Part shown: one piece after another, positions 11,604 through 21,063 of the stretch
How the letters are laid out: each line of letters opens with the position of its first letter
Numbering within the stretch: position 1 is the first letter of the stretch
Assembly (NCBI GenBank): GCA_012727965.1
Contig: JAAYFZ010000016.1
Span: forward strand, 1-62,937
DNA from: Clostridiaceae bacterium
Lineage (GTDB): Bacteria > Bacillota > Clostridia > Saccharofermentanales > UBA5734
Length of the DNA stretch: 62,937 bases
Direction: 5' to 3'
The notes under the pieces: generated by a model
The model's input: the letters and a program-made list of their open reading frames with translations, nothing else
Database searches by the model: none
What the model was told of the DNA's origin: nothing
Program-made: the position numbers and the translations under genes

Positions 11604-12413
11604 ATGCCAACAATAGCGGAAGTTGTAAGAAAAATTGAAGCAATTGCACCGGCAGCACTGGCAGAGAGCTGGGACCCGGTTGGTCTTCAGACAGGAAGTC
11701 TGGAAACAGAAATAACCGCAGCCTTGTTATGTCTCGATATAACAAGTTCGGCCATTGCCAGAGCCAAGGCTGCAAGGGCTGAGCTGATCATTACACATCA
11801 CCCCTTGATTTTCGTACCTGTAAAAACAGTTAGGGCTGATATTCCAGAGCAGCAGCTTCTCTATGACCTGATCAGACACAAAATAGCTGTTTTCAGCGCA
11901 CATACTAATCTTGATGCTGCTCCCGGGGGTGTCGCTGACAGTCTGGCACTGGCTTTGGATTTGGAAACAGACAAATGGCAAACTGTATTCCCTCAAAACA
12001 TTGAAATAGCCGGTTTTGCTGATGCCGGTCATGGACGTTATGCGGATCTTTATCAGCCGATCAAGCTATCAGAAATAAGACAAATAGTTGTTGAAAAACT
12101 TGGAAGTCCAGGCTGCAGAATTAATACCGATAGTAATCCTATGGTTTCAAGAGTCGCAGTTTTCCCAGGATCATTTTCTGAGGAATGGATAGCTGATCTT
12201 GATCTTCTGGATATTGACACCGTGATCACTGGAGAAGCCAAGCATAATGTTGCATTAGCTCTTGCTAACAGAGGCATCGCTCTAATCGATGCCGGGCATG
12301 ATGTCACAGAAAGAGTAGTACTTAAACCGCTCGCCGAGCGACTGAAAAATGATTTCCCACAAATGTCCTTTACCGTTGACATGGGCTTGGATTATAATAA
12401 GGTGGCTTTCTGA
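11604..12413 (+). CDS. Nif3-like dinuclear metal centre protein (YqfO family)
   Basis: Contains AESWDPVGLQ...ELIITHHPLIF...AHTNLD, the NIF3 family motifs. GGAGG SD lies upstream. Confidence 0.85.
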   Translation: MPTIAEVVRKIEAIAPAALAESWDPVGLQTGSLETEITAALLCLDITSSAIARAKAARAELIITHHPLIFVPVKTVRADIPEQQLLYDLIRHKIAVFSAHTNLDAAPGGVADSLALALDLETDKWQTVFPQNIEIAGFADAGHGRYADLYQPIKLSEIRQIVVEKLGSPGCRINTDSNPMVSRVAVFPGSFSEEWIADLDLLDIDTVITGEAKHNVALALANRGIALIDAGHDVTERVVLKPLAERLKNDFPQMSFTVDMGLDYNKVAF

Positions 12414-12748
12414 GTTGATTGGATAGTCGCAGGCATAAGGTGAAAACCTGTGCGTGAGGAAAGTCCGGGCTCCAAAGGGCAGGGTGCCGGGTAGTTCCCG
12501 GTGAAGGCGACTTCAAGGATAGTGCAACAGAAATATACCGCCGGTAATAATCGGTAAGGGTGGAAAGGCGAGGTAAGAGCTCACCAGCGGGCTGGCGACA
12601 GTCCGGCTCTGTAAACCCCACCTGGAGCAACACCGTGGAGGGACATTAATGTGGCCCGCATGTCCCGGGGAGGTGGCTTGAGCCATTCAGAAATGATTGG
12701 CCTAGATAGATGACTGTCCACGACAGGACCCGGCTTATAGATCAACTC
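12412..12748 (+). ncRNA. rnpB: RNase P RNA, bacterial type A
   Basis: Contains GAGGAAAGTCCGGGCTCCAAAGGGCAGGGTGCCGGGTA..., AGTGCAACAGAAA, GGTAAGGGTG, GGTAAACCCCACCTGGAGCAA and GACTGTCCACGACAGGACCCGGCTTAT, near-identical to the universally conserved type-A blocks. P1 pairs GAGTTGAT (12412-12419) with ATCAACTC (12741-12748). Confidence 0.92.
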
Positions 12749-12778
12749 AGAAAGCATTTTTTTATTTTGGAGGACCTC

Positions 12779-13954
12779 ATGAAAGCAGAATCATATTTAT
12801 CACGCGGTGTTTCACCGACAAAGGACGATGTAAAACTAGCGGTTGCTAATCAGTCTAAGGGTCTTTTCCCAGGATCATTCTGTAAAGTTATCGAAGATCC
12901 GGCCGGTGATGACAACTGGTGCAGTGCGGTCCATGCTGATGGTGCAGGTACCAAATCTTCGGCAGCATATTTGATGTATAGACTGACTGGTGACACTTCC
13001 TGGTTTGCCGGCATCGCGCAGGATTCGCTTGTTATGAATACAGATGATCTTGCCTGTATTGGCGCGACTGATAATTTTCTTGTATCCAATACGATTGGTA
13101 GAAACGCACATCGGGTCAATGCCGAATGTCTGGCAGCAATTATCAACGGTTATGACAGCTTCATTGATAAAATGGCAGCGCATGATGTCAAGATTACGAT
13201 GACAGGCGGTGAAACTGCTGATGTTGGTGATCTGGTCAGAACTGTCATCTGTGATTCGACAGTGGTTGTTCGTCTTCCGCGTGCGAATGTGATAAATGCT
13301 GCAGATATAAAACCTGATCAGGTGATTATCGGTCTGGCCTCATTTGGTCAGACCAATTATGAAGATAGAGAGAACTCAGGTATTGGTTCCAACGGCCTTA
13401 CAGCCGCCAGACACCTTCTTCTTCATTCAGATTATCGCGACCAGTTCCCAGAGACCTATGCCGATACGATGCCAGCAGACAAAGCTTACTGTGGACTTTA
13501 TCACGCTGAGGACAAACTGCCCGGTAGCACGCTGACAGCAGGTGAAGCTGTTCTGTCGCCGACTAGAACTTATCTGCCTGTAATTCGCAGAATTCTTGCG
13601 GAGCATGGCAATAGTATCAGTGGTATCATTCATTGCACAGGCGGCGGTCAGGTTAAATGCCGTGATTTCGGTCATGGACTCAGATATGTAAAAGACAACC
13701 TGTTTGAGCGTCCGCCGGTCTTCAGGGCAATCTTTGAGTCTGGAGATGTTAAACAGCATGAAATGTACCAGATATTCAATATGGGCCATCGCATGGAACT
13801 GTATTGTGATCAGGACTCTGCTGCAGCGATCATTGAAACTGCCGCAACGTTTAAACTTGATGCCAGGATCATCGGCTATACTGAGAAGCTGACTGATCAG
13901 GATGCAGCCAATCAAGTCATCATCAAGGATCAGGGAGAAGAGTTCGTATATTGA
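12779..13954 (+). CDS. AIR synthase (PurM)-family protein, long ~390-aa type
   Basis: MKAESYLSRGVSPTKDDV...VHADGAGTKS...GGETAD, with a PurM-like N/C domain layout. GGAGG lies 5 nt before ATG 12779. The ORF-track start at 12710 lies inside rnpB. Confidence 0.75.
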   Translation: MKAESYLSRGVSPTKDDVKLAVANQSKGLFPGSFCKVIEDPAGDDNWCSAVHADGAGTKSSAAYLMYRLTGDTSWFAGIAQDSLVMNTDDLACIGATDNFLVSNTIGRNAHRVNAECLAAIINGYDSFIDKMAAHDVKITMTGGETADVGDLVRTVICDSTVVVRLPRANVINAADIKPDQVIIGLASFGQTNYEDRENSGIGSNGLTAARHLLLHSDYRDQFPETYADTMPADKAYCGLYHAEDKLPGSTLTAGEAVLSPTRTYLPVIRRILAEHGNSISGIIHCTGGGQVKCRDFGHGLRYVKDNLFERPPVFRAIFESGDVKQHEMYQIFNMGHRMELYCDQDSAAAIIETAATFKLDARIIGYTEKLTDQDAANQVIIKDQGEEFVY

Positions 13955-14051
13955 TCTTGTATCTGTTTTTTGCATGTTGATTATGTGGACGTACCTGGAG
14001 ACACAATTGGAGCATCAGCAATAATATGCAGCGATATTGAACTGTGATTTC

Positions 14052-14080
14052 TTTACAAACAAACCAGCATATGTTAGAAT
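14052..14080 (+). promoter_or_regulatory. Putative sigma-A promoter of rpsO
   Basis: TTTACA, 17-nt spacer, then TGtTAGAAT (extended -10). Confidence 0.5.
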
Positions 14081-14097
14081 TTTTAATAGTCTGCCAT

Positions 14098-14134
14098 GAC
14101 AAGGTTTATGGATCGTCCGACCATATACTTTGTC
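14098..14134 (+). promoter_or_regulatory. Stem-loop in the rpsO 5' UTR (candidate S15 autoregulatory element)
   Basis: GACAAGGT-t-TATGG-atcgtccga-CCATA-t-ACTTTGTC: two stacked helices immediately upstream of the SD. Confidence 0.3.
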
Positions 14135-14161
14135 TACGGTGAATATCAAGGAGGAAATATA

Positions 14162-14425
14162 ATGGACAAGGCTAAAAAAGCAGAAATCATGACAACCTAT
14201 GCACGTCATGAGGGAGACACAGGTTCACCTGAAGTACAGGTAGCATTACTCACAGAGCGTATCAATCATCTGACTGAACATCTGAAGACTCATAAGAATG
14301 ATCACCATTCACGTCGTGGTCTTCTGATGATGGTCGGACGTCGTCGTGGTCTTCTCGATTATCTGATCAGTATCGATATCGAGCGTTATCGTACGATCAT
14401 TGAGAAGCTGCATATCAGGAAGTAA
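14162..14425 (+). CDS. rpsO: 30S ribosomal protein S15
   Basis: [65 protein letters not shown]. The ORF-track start at 14096 is an extension. Confidence 0.96.
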   Translation: MDKAKKAEIMTTYARHEGDTGSPEVQVALLTERINHLTEHLKTHKNDHHSRRGLLMMVGRRRGLLDYLISIDIERYRTIIEKLHIRK

Positions 14426-14443
14426 TCGTATCTGCCGTTGTGG

Positions 14444-14472
14444 AAATGGTGAGCTTAAAACTCACCATTTTT
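14444..14472 (+). terminator. Rho-independent terminator/attenuator after rpsO
   Basis: AAATGGTGAG-cttaaaa-CTCACCATTTtt. Confidence 0.6.
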
Positions 14473-14637
14473 CACAGCTGTCGGCAGAACAATTACAGTA
14501 TAATTTGAACCCGTAGGCTGTAGAAGGTAGGCTGCGCGGCTGAAGAGGTCGGCCCCGGAACCTACATGCTACCGCCATTACGGGAAAAGATGCTAAGCAA
14601 GTATCTTAATCTTAGATCAAACAATGGAGGTACATTA

Positions 14638-16935
14638 ATGAAAAAAGTATTTGAAATGACTCTGGCCGGCAGATCGCTGGTCATCGAGACAGGTGAACTG
14701 GCACAATTTGCGAACGGTTCATGTCTGGTAAGATATGGTGATACAGTTATCATGTCTTCAGCAACAGCATCAAATTCACCCAGACCGGGAATCGATTTTT
14801 TCCCGCTGAGTGTTGATTATGAAGAGAAGCTTTATAGTGTCGGCCGCTTCCCGGGCGGCTTCATCAAGAGAGAAGGCAGACCTACAGAGAAGGCAGTTTT
14901 GACATCAAGAGTTATAGACCGCCCGATGCGTCCGCTCTTCCCGAAGGATCTTCGTAATGATGTTTCAATCAATAATCTTGTAATGTCAGTTGAGCAGGAT
15001 AATTCTCCTGAAATCGCAGCTATGATTGGCTCATCGATTGCAGTTTCCATTTCTGATATCCCTTGGAACGGCCCTATAGGCGGTGTTCATGTTGGTATCG
15101 TTGATGGTGAAATTATCGTAAATCCTACAGAAGCTCAGAGAGAGAAGAGTGATCTTCAGCTCACACTGGCCGGTACTGAAGAAAAAGTATGCATGATCGA
15201 GGCTGGCGCCAATGAGATCCCCGACGATAAAATGCTCGAGGCGATCATCGAAGGTCATAAGGTCATCCAGGAGCAGTGCCGTTTTATCAAAAAAATAGTC
15301 GCTGAGATCGGTAAGGAAAAATTCAGCTATCAGTCATCTAATATGCCTGCAGAGGTTTTCGAGGCTGTTGCAGCCTTTGCTTCTGAGGATATGAAGCAGG
15401 CTGTATTATCTCCTGATAAGTCTATTAGAGATGCTCAAGTCGGTGTGCTAAAAGAAAAAACAGCAGAACATCTTGAGAGCATTAATCCTGAATGGGTAAC
15501 TTATACAGGTGATGCGATTTATAAGCTCGAGAAGAAGACTGTCAGAGACTATCTGTTCAAGGAACATAAGAGAGTCGACGGCCGTGGTCTAAATGATATT
15601 CGTGAGCTTTCTGCTCAGGTAGATCTGTTGCCAAGAGTTCATGGATCTGGACTGTTCCAGCGTGGACAGACTCAGGTTCTAACAACTTGTACACTTGCTA
15701 CACTGGGAAAAGCTCAGATACTCGATGGTCTTGATAATGAGGACCAGAAGAGATATATTCATCATTACAATTTCCCTGGTTATAGCGTGGGTGAGGCTAA
15801 ATCAGCTAGATCACCAGGACGCCGTGAAATCGGTCATGGTGCACTTGCTGAGAAATCGCTTATACCTGTTCTGCCTAGTGAAGAAGAATTCCCATATGCA
15901 ATCCGCTGTGTATCTGAGATCCTTATGTCCAATGGATCAACATCTCAGGGTTCAGTATGTGCTAGTACACTAGCTTTGATGGCTGCCGGTGTTCCGATCA
16001 AGAAACCAGTTGCCGGTATATCGAGCGGACTGATCGTCAATGAAGAGAATGATCAGGACTACCTCGTATTTATGGATATCCAGGGTATCGAGGACTTCTT
16101 CGGTGACATGGACTTCAAGGTGGCCGGTACTGAAGACGGTATCACATCTATCCAGGTCGATATCAAGGTAGACGGTCTTTCATATGACATAATTCGTGAT
16201 GCTTTTGAAATGACCCGCAAGGGCAGACTGCAGATCATCAACGAAGTAATTGTACCTTGTATCGAAAAACCACGTGAACAGCTGTCTAGCTTTGCTCCAA
16301 AGATCGAGAAGCTCGACATCCCTTCTGATAAGATCAGAGAAGTTATCGGTCAGGGCGGCAAGGTTATCCGCAAGATTACTGAAGAGACTAAGACAGAGAT
16401 CGATATCGAAGAAGATGGCGCAATCGGTCATGTTTATATTGCTTCACCAAACAGCGAAGCAGCTGAAGCAGCCATTAAATGGATTCGCAGTATTGTCTTT
16501 GATCCAGAGCCGGGAACTGTTTTTGATGGTATCGTAACACGCCTGATGGCATTTGGTGCTTTCGTTGAGATCGCCCCAGGCAAAGAAGGTCTGGTACATA
16601 TTTCCAAGTTAGCCTGGAAGCGCGTTGAAAAGGTCGAAGATGTACTTGAGGTCGGTCAGACTGTTAAGGTAAAGGTTCTTGAAATAGACGGACAAGGTCG
16701 TTTGAATCTTTCTGTTCGTGATTGTCAGGAGAAGCCTGCTGATTACAATGAAGCGGAAGAAGGCGCTCGTCCTGGATCATCAAGAAATGACCGTCCTGAC
16801 AGAAGACGCGATACAAGAGGCGGTCCTAGATTTAATGATCGTCCTGATCGCAATCGTTCAGACCGTGGACCTAGAAGAGACGGTCCTAGAAGCGACAATG
16901 ATCAGCCAAGACGTCCTAATGAGCGTAATTTTTAA
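14638..16935 (+). CDS. pnp: Polyribonucleotide nucleotidyltransferase (PNPase) with an Arg/Asp/Pro-rich C-terminal tail
   Basis: MKKVFEMTLAGRSLVIETGELAQFANGS. Two RNase PH domains, KH (IGQGGKVIRKI) and S1 (GTVFDGIVTRLMAFGAFVEI). GGAGG lies 8 nt before ATG 14638. Confidence 0.96.
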   Translation: MKKVFEMTLAGRSLVIETGELAQFANGSCLVRYGDTVIMSSATASNSPRPGIDFFPLSVDYEEKLYSVGRFPGGFIKREGRPTEKAVLTSRVIDRPMRPLFPKDLRNDVSINNLVMSVEQDNSPEIAAMIGSSIAVSISDIPWNGPIGGVHVGIVDGEIIVNPTEAQREKSDLQLTLAGTEEKVCMIEAGANEIPDDKMLEAIIEGHKVIQEQCRFIKKIVAEIGKEKFSYQSSNMPAEVFEAVAAFASEDMKQAVLSPDKSIRDAQVGVLKEKTAEHLESINPEWVTYTGDAIYKLEKKTVRDYLFKEHKRVDGRGLNDIRELSAQVDLLPRVHGSGLFQRGQTQVLTTCTLATLGKAQILDGLDNEDQKRYIHHYNFPGYSVGEAKSARSPGRREIGHGALAEKSLIPVLPSEEEFPYAIRCVSEILMSNGSTSQGSVCASTLALMAAGVPIKKPVAGISSGLIVNEENDQDYLVFMDIQGIEDFFGDMDFKVAGTEDGITSIQVDIKVDGLSYDIIRDAFEMTRKGRLQIINEVIVPCIEKPREQLSSFAPKIEKLDIPSDKIREVIGQGGKVIRKITEETKTEIDIEEDGAIGHVYIASPNSEAAEAAIKWIRSIVFDPEPGTVFDGIVTRLMAFGAFVEIAPGKEGLVHISKLAWKRVEKVEDVLEVGQTVKVKVLEIDGQGRLNLSVRDCQEKPADYNEAEEGARPGSSRNDRPDRRRDTRGGPRFNDRPDRNRSDRGPRRDGPRSDNDQPRRPNERNF

Positions 16936-16944
16936 TAAATAAGT

Positions 16945-19900
16945 TTAGATAAAATTCAAAGCCGAAGGCTGGAGTATATACTGTCTTTTGATGACAGCAA
17001 TGCTCTGGCCTTTTTGCTTTTCAAAAACACTTGGTATATTGCCATTTATGTTGCTGTTATCTTCAAAATCACTTGTAGATTGCAGTCTTGCAAATTCAAG
17101 TCTCAGTTGTCCATAATGTCTGCTGAAAAATTGTCTGCTGTCTTGATTATGTATGTCGGCAGCAAGTTGAGATGCAGCGAAGCTGAAAAAACTGTCTGAT
17201 TTTATCAGAAGACCTAAACCCTGTTCATTACCGGTATAGAGCCAATGCGCGCCGTACCAGCTCTGAGCATTTGAGGAAATAAGCTCGCTATGCATTCTAA
17301 GCCAATTATTAGGGTGAGGATAGGCGGGCAAAGGTTGCAGCTTGCTGCAAATAAGACTCTCAACAGCAGTCGGGCCAAAACCATACCACTGAAGCTGATT
17401 AAGATGTCTGCTGAGATCAAATACAAGCTCCAGATTTATAAGACTGTTTTCTGTAATCATGTCTGAAGAACTGTCATATTCGATGCCGGCTGCAATTTTA
17501 AGTTCTCCTTTGTGACTAATTTCATAACGCGTAGTACCGATAAACCGAAGCAGATCATTTGCTGTTATGAGACTTTTCACCTCAATCACAGCACCATCAC
17601 CATCACAATCATAGATGATGCTCTCAACATGACTTGAGCATACTGTAAGTACGGATTCATTTTTGTCTCTATAAGTTAACTGCCAATAAGGTCCTGCACC
17701 AAGCTTATTATCAATAGAGCTTAAGAGTTCAGTTTCTCCACACCGCCAGCTCTCAAAACTTCCAGTTATCTTATTAAAAATAAACCAGAAGCGACTGCCT
17801 GATATAAGAAGATGATGACGATCCTGCTCTAGCCGTATCCTGCCGTGGCTCAGAGGGGTGTAGCGGCCTGAAGGTGGTTCGATCAATGTCCGGTCATGCT
17901 CTGACCATGGCAGCGTGAAACAGACGGTCCTGCGTTGTCCCTGGTGTGGCCATGAGTTATCTGTCCAGCTGATTTTGAAATTAATATGTGAAGGTTTCTG
18001 GATAATTTCACCAATTTCTTCTAGTTTCAAAGACATTGAGCTGCCTGCACCTAATATATCAGCTTCGATCTTGCTTCCTGATATCCAATTTTGATTATCA
18101 TTACTCTGCCAGTCAACAACAATGTTACTGATAACTGCAAAAGGATGCAGGTTATGAAGTACAAGGTTGCCTTGGTCAATATCGATTGAAGCGTGTAAAT
18201 TTTTAAGTGAAGCAGTTTCAGCAAGATAGTCAGGTACTGTCGAGGCGGTACTAGGATTATTAAGTAAAAAAGTTCCGAATATAGGCAGTTTACCTGTTTT
18301 TAGCAAATAAAGAGTATCAGAATTATCATTAGCAAGATGATAAATATTTGCAGAAGCAAAAAATAAAGGCAGGTTCAAGTCTTGGTATTTGGATATTTGT
18401 TTCAAATTATTTGTGATCACTGCTTTTAGACCAGAAGATGCGAAATATACAGAAGGGTGGTCTCTGTCAGCCCCTTCACTGGCTGGAACCATGAGCAATC
18501 TTGATTGATCAATACCAGTACAAGTTTTTAAAAGTCTATCCAGCTGCGGCCATTTCGTAAGATTATGGCCGATATTCCAGGCAATAACAGAGCAATGTGC
18601 TTTGGCAGTGTTTATCAGATCAGCAGCTGCTGCACTCATGATATTTGTCCAAAAATCTGCTGCTGTCTGAATCGGCCATCTGCCTGTTAACTCAGTGGCA
18701 GTAAAATTATCCGGATAGATATCAGTTGATACGATAAGAAATAGACCAAGCATATCTGCAAGTTCGAAAACAGCAGGATCTTTGATACCATCAGAGAGGA
18801 AGAGACAATTGCAGCCGGACTTTTTAACTTCAATCAGTTTGTCACTAATTCTTTCTGCAACTGTTGAATACTTGTTTGCAATACCTGCCTCGGTAGAAGC
18901 AGATATATCAGAGCTGATGACTGAGTTTGCTGTAGTCAATATGAGAGGTCTGCCATTTAGCAAAAAACTATTACCTTTTCGTTCAAGCTTTCTGAAGCCG
19001 ACCGGCATATGATAGCTGACCTGTTCATATCCGCGATTGTCAGACAGTGTAATATATAGGTCATAAACATTCGGCTGATCTGCTGACCATGGTTTAATTT
19101 CCTCCAGATCGACTGAATATTCTACGCTGCTAATGGTTTTCACATTGTCAAGCTTCCGGCTGCTGTCCATCAGTGGCTGCAAGACAGCATCGATTTCTCT
19201 GCTGACAAGTAATTTGTAGTCATCATACAGGTCAAACCTTACTGAAGGACTCTCCAAGGATATCCTGCATGATGATAGTTCAGCCATAATACTAAATGAC
19301 CATTTTGTATGGTCTGAATTTTGAGGCTCACAGTTCAGGTTAACATCAGACAGATAAATTGCTGGAAATGCCTCTATATAAATATCAGATAGAATTCCTG
19401 AGATACGATCGTGCCAGCCGCCCCTGATATGGTCGCTAGCGGCGCTGGAATATAACACAAGAGCAATTTCATTTTCCCCTTCATGCCAAAACGATGTAAT
19501 ATCGAAACTGATAGGGGTATGCCTGACATCAGAGTAACCAGCTGGTCTGCCATTTACAAACAAATGAAAAGCACAAGCCATCCCGGCAAAAGTAATCTTC
19601 TTGCGCAGGCTGCTCCAGTAATGTGGCAGTATGCAATTATGGGCCAGAAGTGTTACTGGCTGATGAACGTCAGCATAGGGAAGAGCATTAACAGATTTGT
19701 TATTACTATATTGGTTTGTATAATAAGGCAGATTGATTTTTTCAGAATCATCGTGAGGCCAGTTTATTTTTTCAGGAAGATCATATACATGGTCATATCC
19801 TTTTCGAACCCAGCCTTCGTTAAGTAAATGAACATAGTCTGACAAATATCTACGATAATCAGACACGGCATCGAAGCATTTTTTATAAGTTGGAAAAGGG

Positions 19901-19992
19901 ATCAGGCAACCGTTTGCTGATGAAGCATTTATCGATCTGATATCGGGATCATTCCAATCAGGTTTATTATCACGTCCAGGAAATAAGTTCAT
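16945..19992 (-). CDS. Glycoside hydrolase family 2 (LacZ-like) protein, apparently lacking catalytic residues; no signal peptide
   Basis: Blocks align by eye to E. coli LacZ: ITFAGMACAFHLFVNGRPAGY, ISGILSDIYI, KPWSADQPNVYDLY, VGFRKLE...LLNGRPL, and a C-terminal domain-5-like region. Start is probably ATG at 19992 (TTG 20010 is the ORF-track start). Confidence 0.75.
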   Translation of the reverse strand: MNLFPGRDNKPDWNDPDIRSINASSANGCLIPFPTYKKCFDAVSDYRRYLSDYVHLLNEGWVRKGYDHVYDLPEKINWPHDDSEKINLPYYTNQYSNNKSVNALPYADVHQPVTLLAHNCILPHYWSSLRKKITFAGMACAFHLFVNGRPAGYSDVRHTPISFDITSFWHEGENEIALVLYSSAASDHIRGGWHDRISGILSDIYIEAFPAIYLSDVNLNCEPQNSDHTKWSFSIMAELSSCRISLESPSVRFDLYDDYKLLVSREIDAVLQPLMDSSRKLDNVKTISSVEYSVDLEEIKPWSADQPNVYDLYITLSDNRGYEQVSYHMPVGFRKLERKGNSFLLNGRPLILTTANSVISSDISASTEAGIANKYSTVAERISDKLIEVKKSGCNCLFLSDGIKDPAVFELADMLGLFLIVSTDIYPDNFTATELTGRWPIQTAADFWTNIMSAAAADLINTAKAHCSVIAWNIGHNLTKWPQLDRLLKTCTGIDQSRLLMVPASEGADRDHPSVYFASSGLKAVITNNLKQISKYQDLNLPLFFASANIYHLANDNSDTLYLLKTGKLPIFGTFLLNNPSTASTVPDYLAETASLKNLHASIDIDQGNLVLHNLHPFAVISNIVVDWQSNDNQNWISGSKIEADILGAGSSMSLKLEEIGEIIQKPSHINFKISWTDNSWPHQGQRRTVCFTLPWSEHDRTLIEPPSGRYTPLSHGRIRLEQDRHHLLISGSRFWFIFNKITGSFESWRCGETELLSSIDNKLGAGPYWQLTYRDKNESVLTVCSSHVESIIYDCDGDGAVIEVKSLITANDLLRFIGTTRYEISHKGELKIAAGIEYDSSSDMITENSLINLELVFDLSRHLNQLQWYGFGPTAVESLICSKLQPLPAYPHPNNWLRMHSELISSNAQSWYGAHWLYTGNEQGLGLLIKSDSFFSFAASQLAADIHNQDSRQFFSRHYGQLRLEFARLQSTSDFEDNSNINGNIPSVFEKQKGQSIAVIKRQYILQPSALNFI

Positions 19993-20044
19993 TGGTATAA
20001 TTCCCTCCAAAGCATTGTTGTCTATATGATATCATTTTCGCGAG

Positions 20045-20093
20045 TCTAAAAAGAAGAAAAAACAAGAAGCCGGCAAAATGCCGGCTTCTTGTT
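20045..20093 (-). terminator. Rho-independent terminator downstream of tRNA-Pro
   Basis: On the minus strand, AACAAGAAGCCGGCA-ttt-TGCCGGCTTCTTGTT is followed by TTTTCTTCTTTTT. Confidence 0.6.
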
Positions 20094-20096
20094 TTC

Positions 20097-20173
20097 TGGT
20101 CGGAGTGACAGGACTTGAACCTGCGACCTCTTGCACCCCAAGCAAGCACTCTAGCCACCTGAGCTACACCCCG
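20097..20173 (-). tRNA. tRNA-Pro (anticodon GGG), CCA encoded
   Basis: The reverse complement CGGGGTGTAGCTCAGGTGGCTAGAGTGCTTGCTTGGGGTGCAAGAGGTCGCAGGTTCAAGTCCTGTCACTCCGACCA folds as a 77-nt cloverleaf. The anticodon loop is TTGGGGT. Confidence 0.92.
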
Positions 20174-20186
20174 TAGAACCTCCACA

Positions 20187-20215
20187 ATTTTACTTGGTTA
20201 TTTACTTGGTGTCAA
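20187..20215 (-). promoter_or_regulatory. Sigma-A promoter for tRNA-Pro
   Basis: Minus strand: TTGACA, 17-nt spacer, TAAAAT, about 13 nt upstream of the tRNA 5' end. Confidence 0.55.
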
Positions 20216-20283
20216 GGTCAATAATTGCTTCAGCTCACTGAGTATGCACAATAAGTGATAGTGGTCTAATACAAGAAAAATAA

Positions 20284-21063
20284 TCACTCGTCGATAAAAT
20301 TATCAGCAGAGCTGCTGTGTTGTCCAAGACCAATATCCCAGGCATGTGCCTTGCGATATTGCGAAGGAGTCATACCTGTGTGCTTCTTAAAGATCTCGGA
20401 AAAATAGCTTTGGCTTGGGAATGCAAGAATTGAAGCGATCTGAGCAGCGCTATAGCCCGAATAGACAAGCATGTTCTTTGCAGTCTCAATTTTTTGCGAT
20501 CTAACATATTCAGAGATCGTTACACCTACCTCTTTCTTAAAGAGACGAGACATATAGGCAGGATCAAGTCCGATATGTCTTGAAAGCTGGCTGACCGTTA
20601 TTCGTGTATGTAGATTATCGTAAATGTACTCGATACTTCTTACGATGTTCATATTCTGAATCCTTCGTTTGCGTAGTAGCCGCATGCGATTTGCGTAGTC
20701 TAAACAAGCATCACGGTGAATCGTCACAATGTCAGAGGTTTCTGTTGAGATGTCTGTTTTCTGAATATAGAGGTCACTTAGTCCATAGGCTTCTGATAAA
20801 TCCATACCGCCCTCGATGCAATAACGGGCGATCATCGCGATCGTTATAACAAGATGGTATTTCAAACTCTGAAGAGGATAAGCAGATAGTGTTCCCAATC
20901 CCTGCTTATCAACTATCGATGGCGTAAGGAGCTCCTTAGTTCTGTTAATGTCACCAGTCTTGATTGCAGTATAAAATGCAAGCTCAGGTGTATAAGGTGC
21001 CCGAAAAGCGCCTGTTTCGCGACGTAAATATTCCTTATAGTACAGTTCCCGATCTGAATGCAT
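20284..21063 (-). CDS. AraC-family transcriptional regulator (259 aa)
   Basis: C-terminal double HTH: ...VSQLSRHIGLDPAYMSRLFKKEVGVTISEYV...SAAQIASILAFPSQSYFSEIFKKHTGMTPSQYR. Divergent from the GH5/GH16 genes. Confidence 0.88.
   Translation of the reverse strand: MHSDRELYYKEYLRRETGAFRAPYTPELAFYTAIKTGDINRTKELLTPSIVDKQGLGTLSAYPLQSLKYHLVITIAMIARYCIEGGMDLSEAYGLSDLYIQKTDISTETSDIVTIHRDACLDYANRMRLLRKRRIQNMNIVRSIEYIYDNLHTRITVSQLSRHIGLDPAYMSRLFKKEVGVTISEYVRSQKIETAKNMLVYSGYSAAQIASILAFPSQSYFSEIFKKHTGMTPSQYRKAHAWDIGLGQHSSSADNFIDE

Noticed and set aside
12710-12778. N-terminal 23 codons of the ORF-track entry 12710..13954
   Set aside because: This stretch lies inside the RNase P RNA (the conserved GACTGTCCACGACAGGACCCGGCTTAT block and the P1 3' strand). 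The real start is ATG 12779, which has a GGAGG SD.
13427-13975. 182-aa antisense ORF opposite the PurM-family gene
   Set aside because: It is embedded antisense in a recognisable CDS, with no recognisable motifs or RBS. The antisense ORFs at 28986-29423, 30704-31225, 37503-38027, 38142-38570 and 54810-55274 are rejected on the same grounds.
19970-20185. 71-aa minus-strand ORF and, at 23711-23926, a 71-aa plus-strand ORF
   Set aside because: Both run straight through tRNA genes (tRNA-Pro and tRNA-Trp respectively) and their terminators, so they are artefacts of ORF calling.
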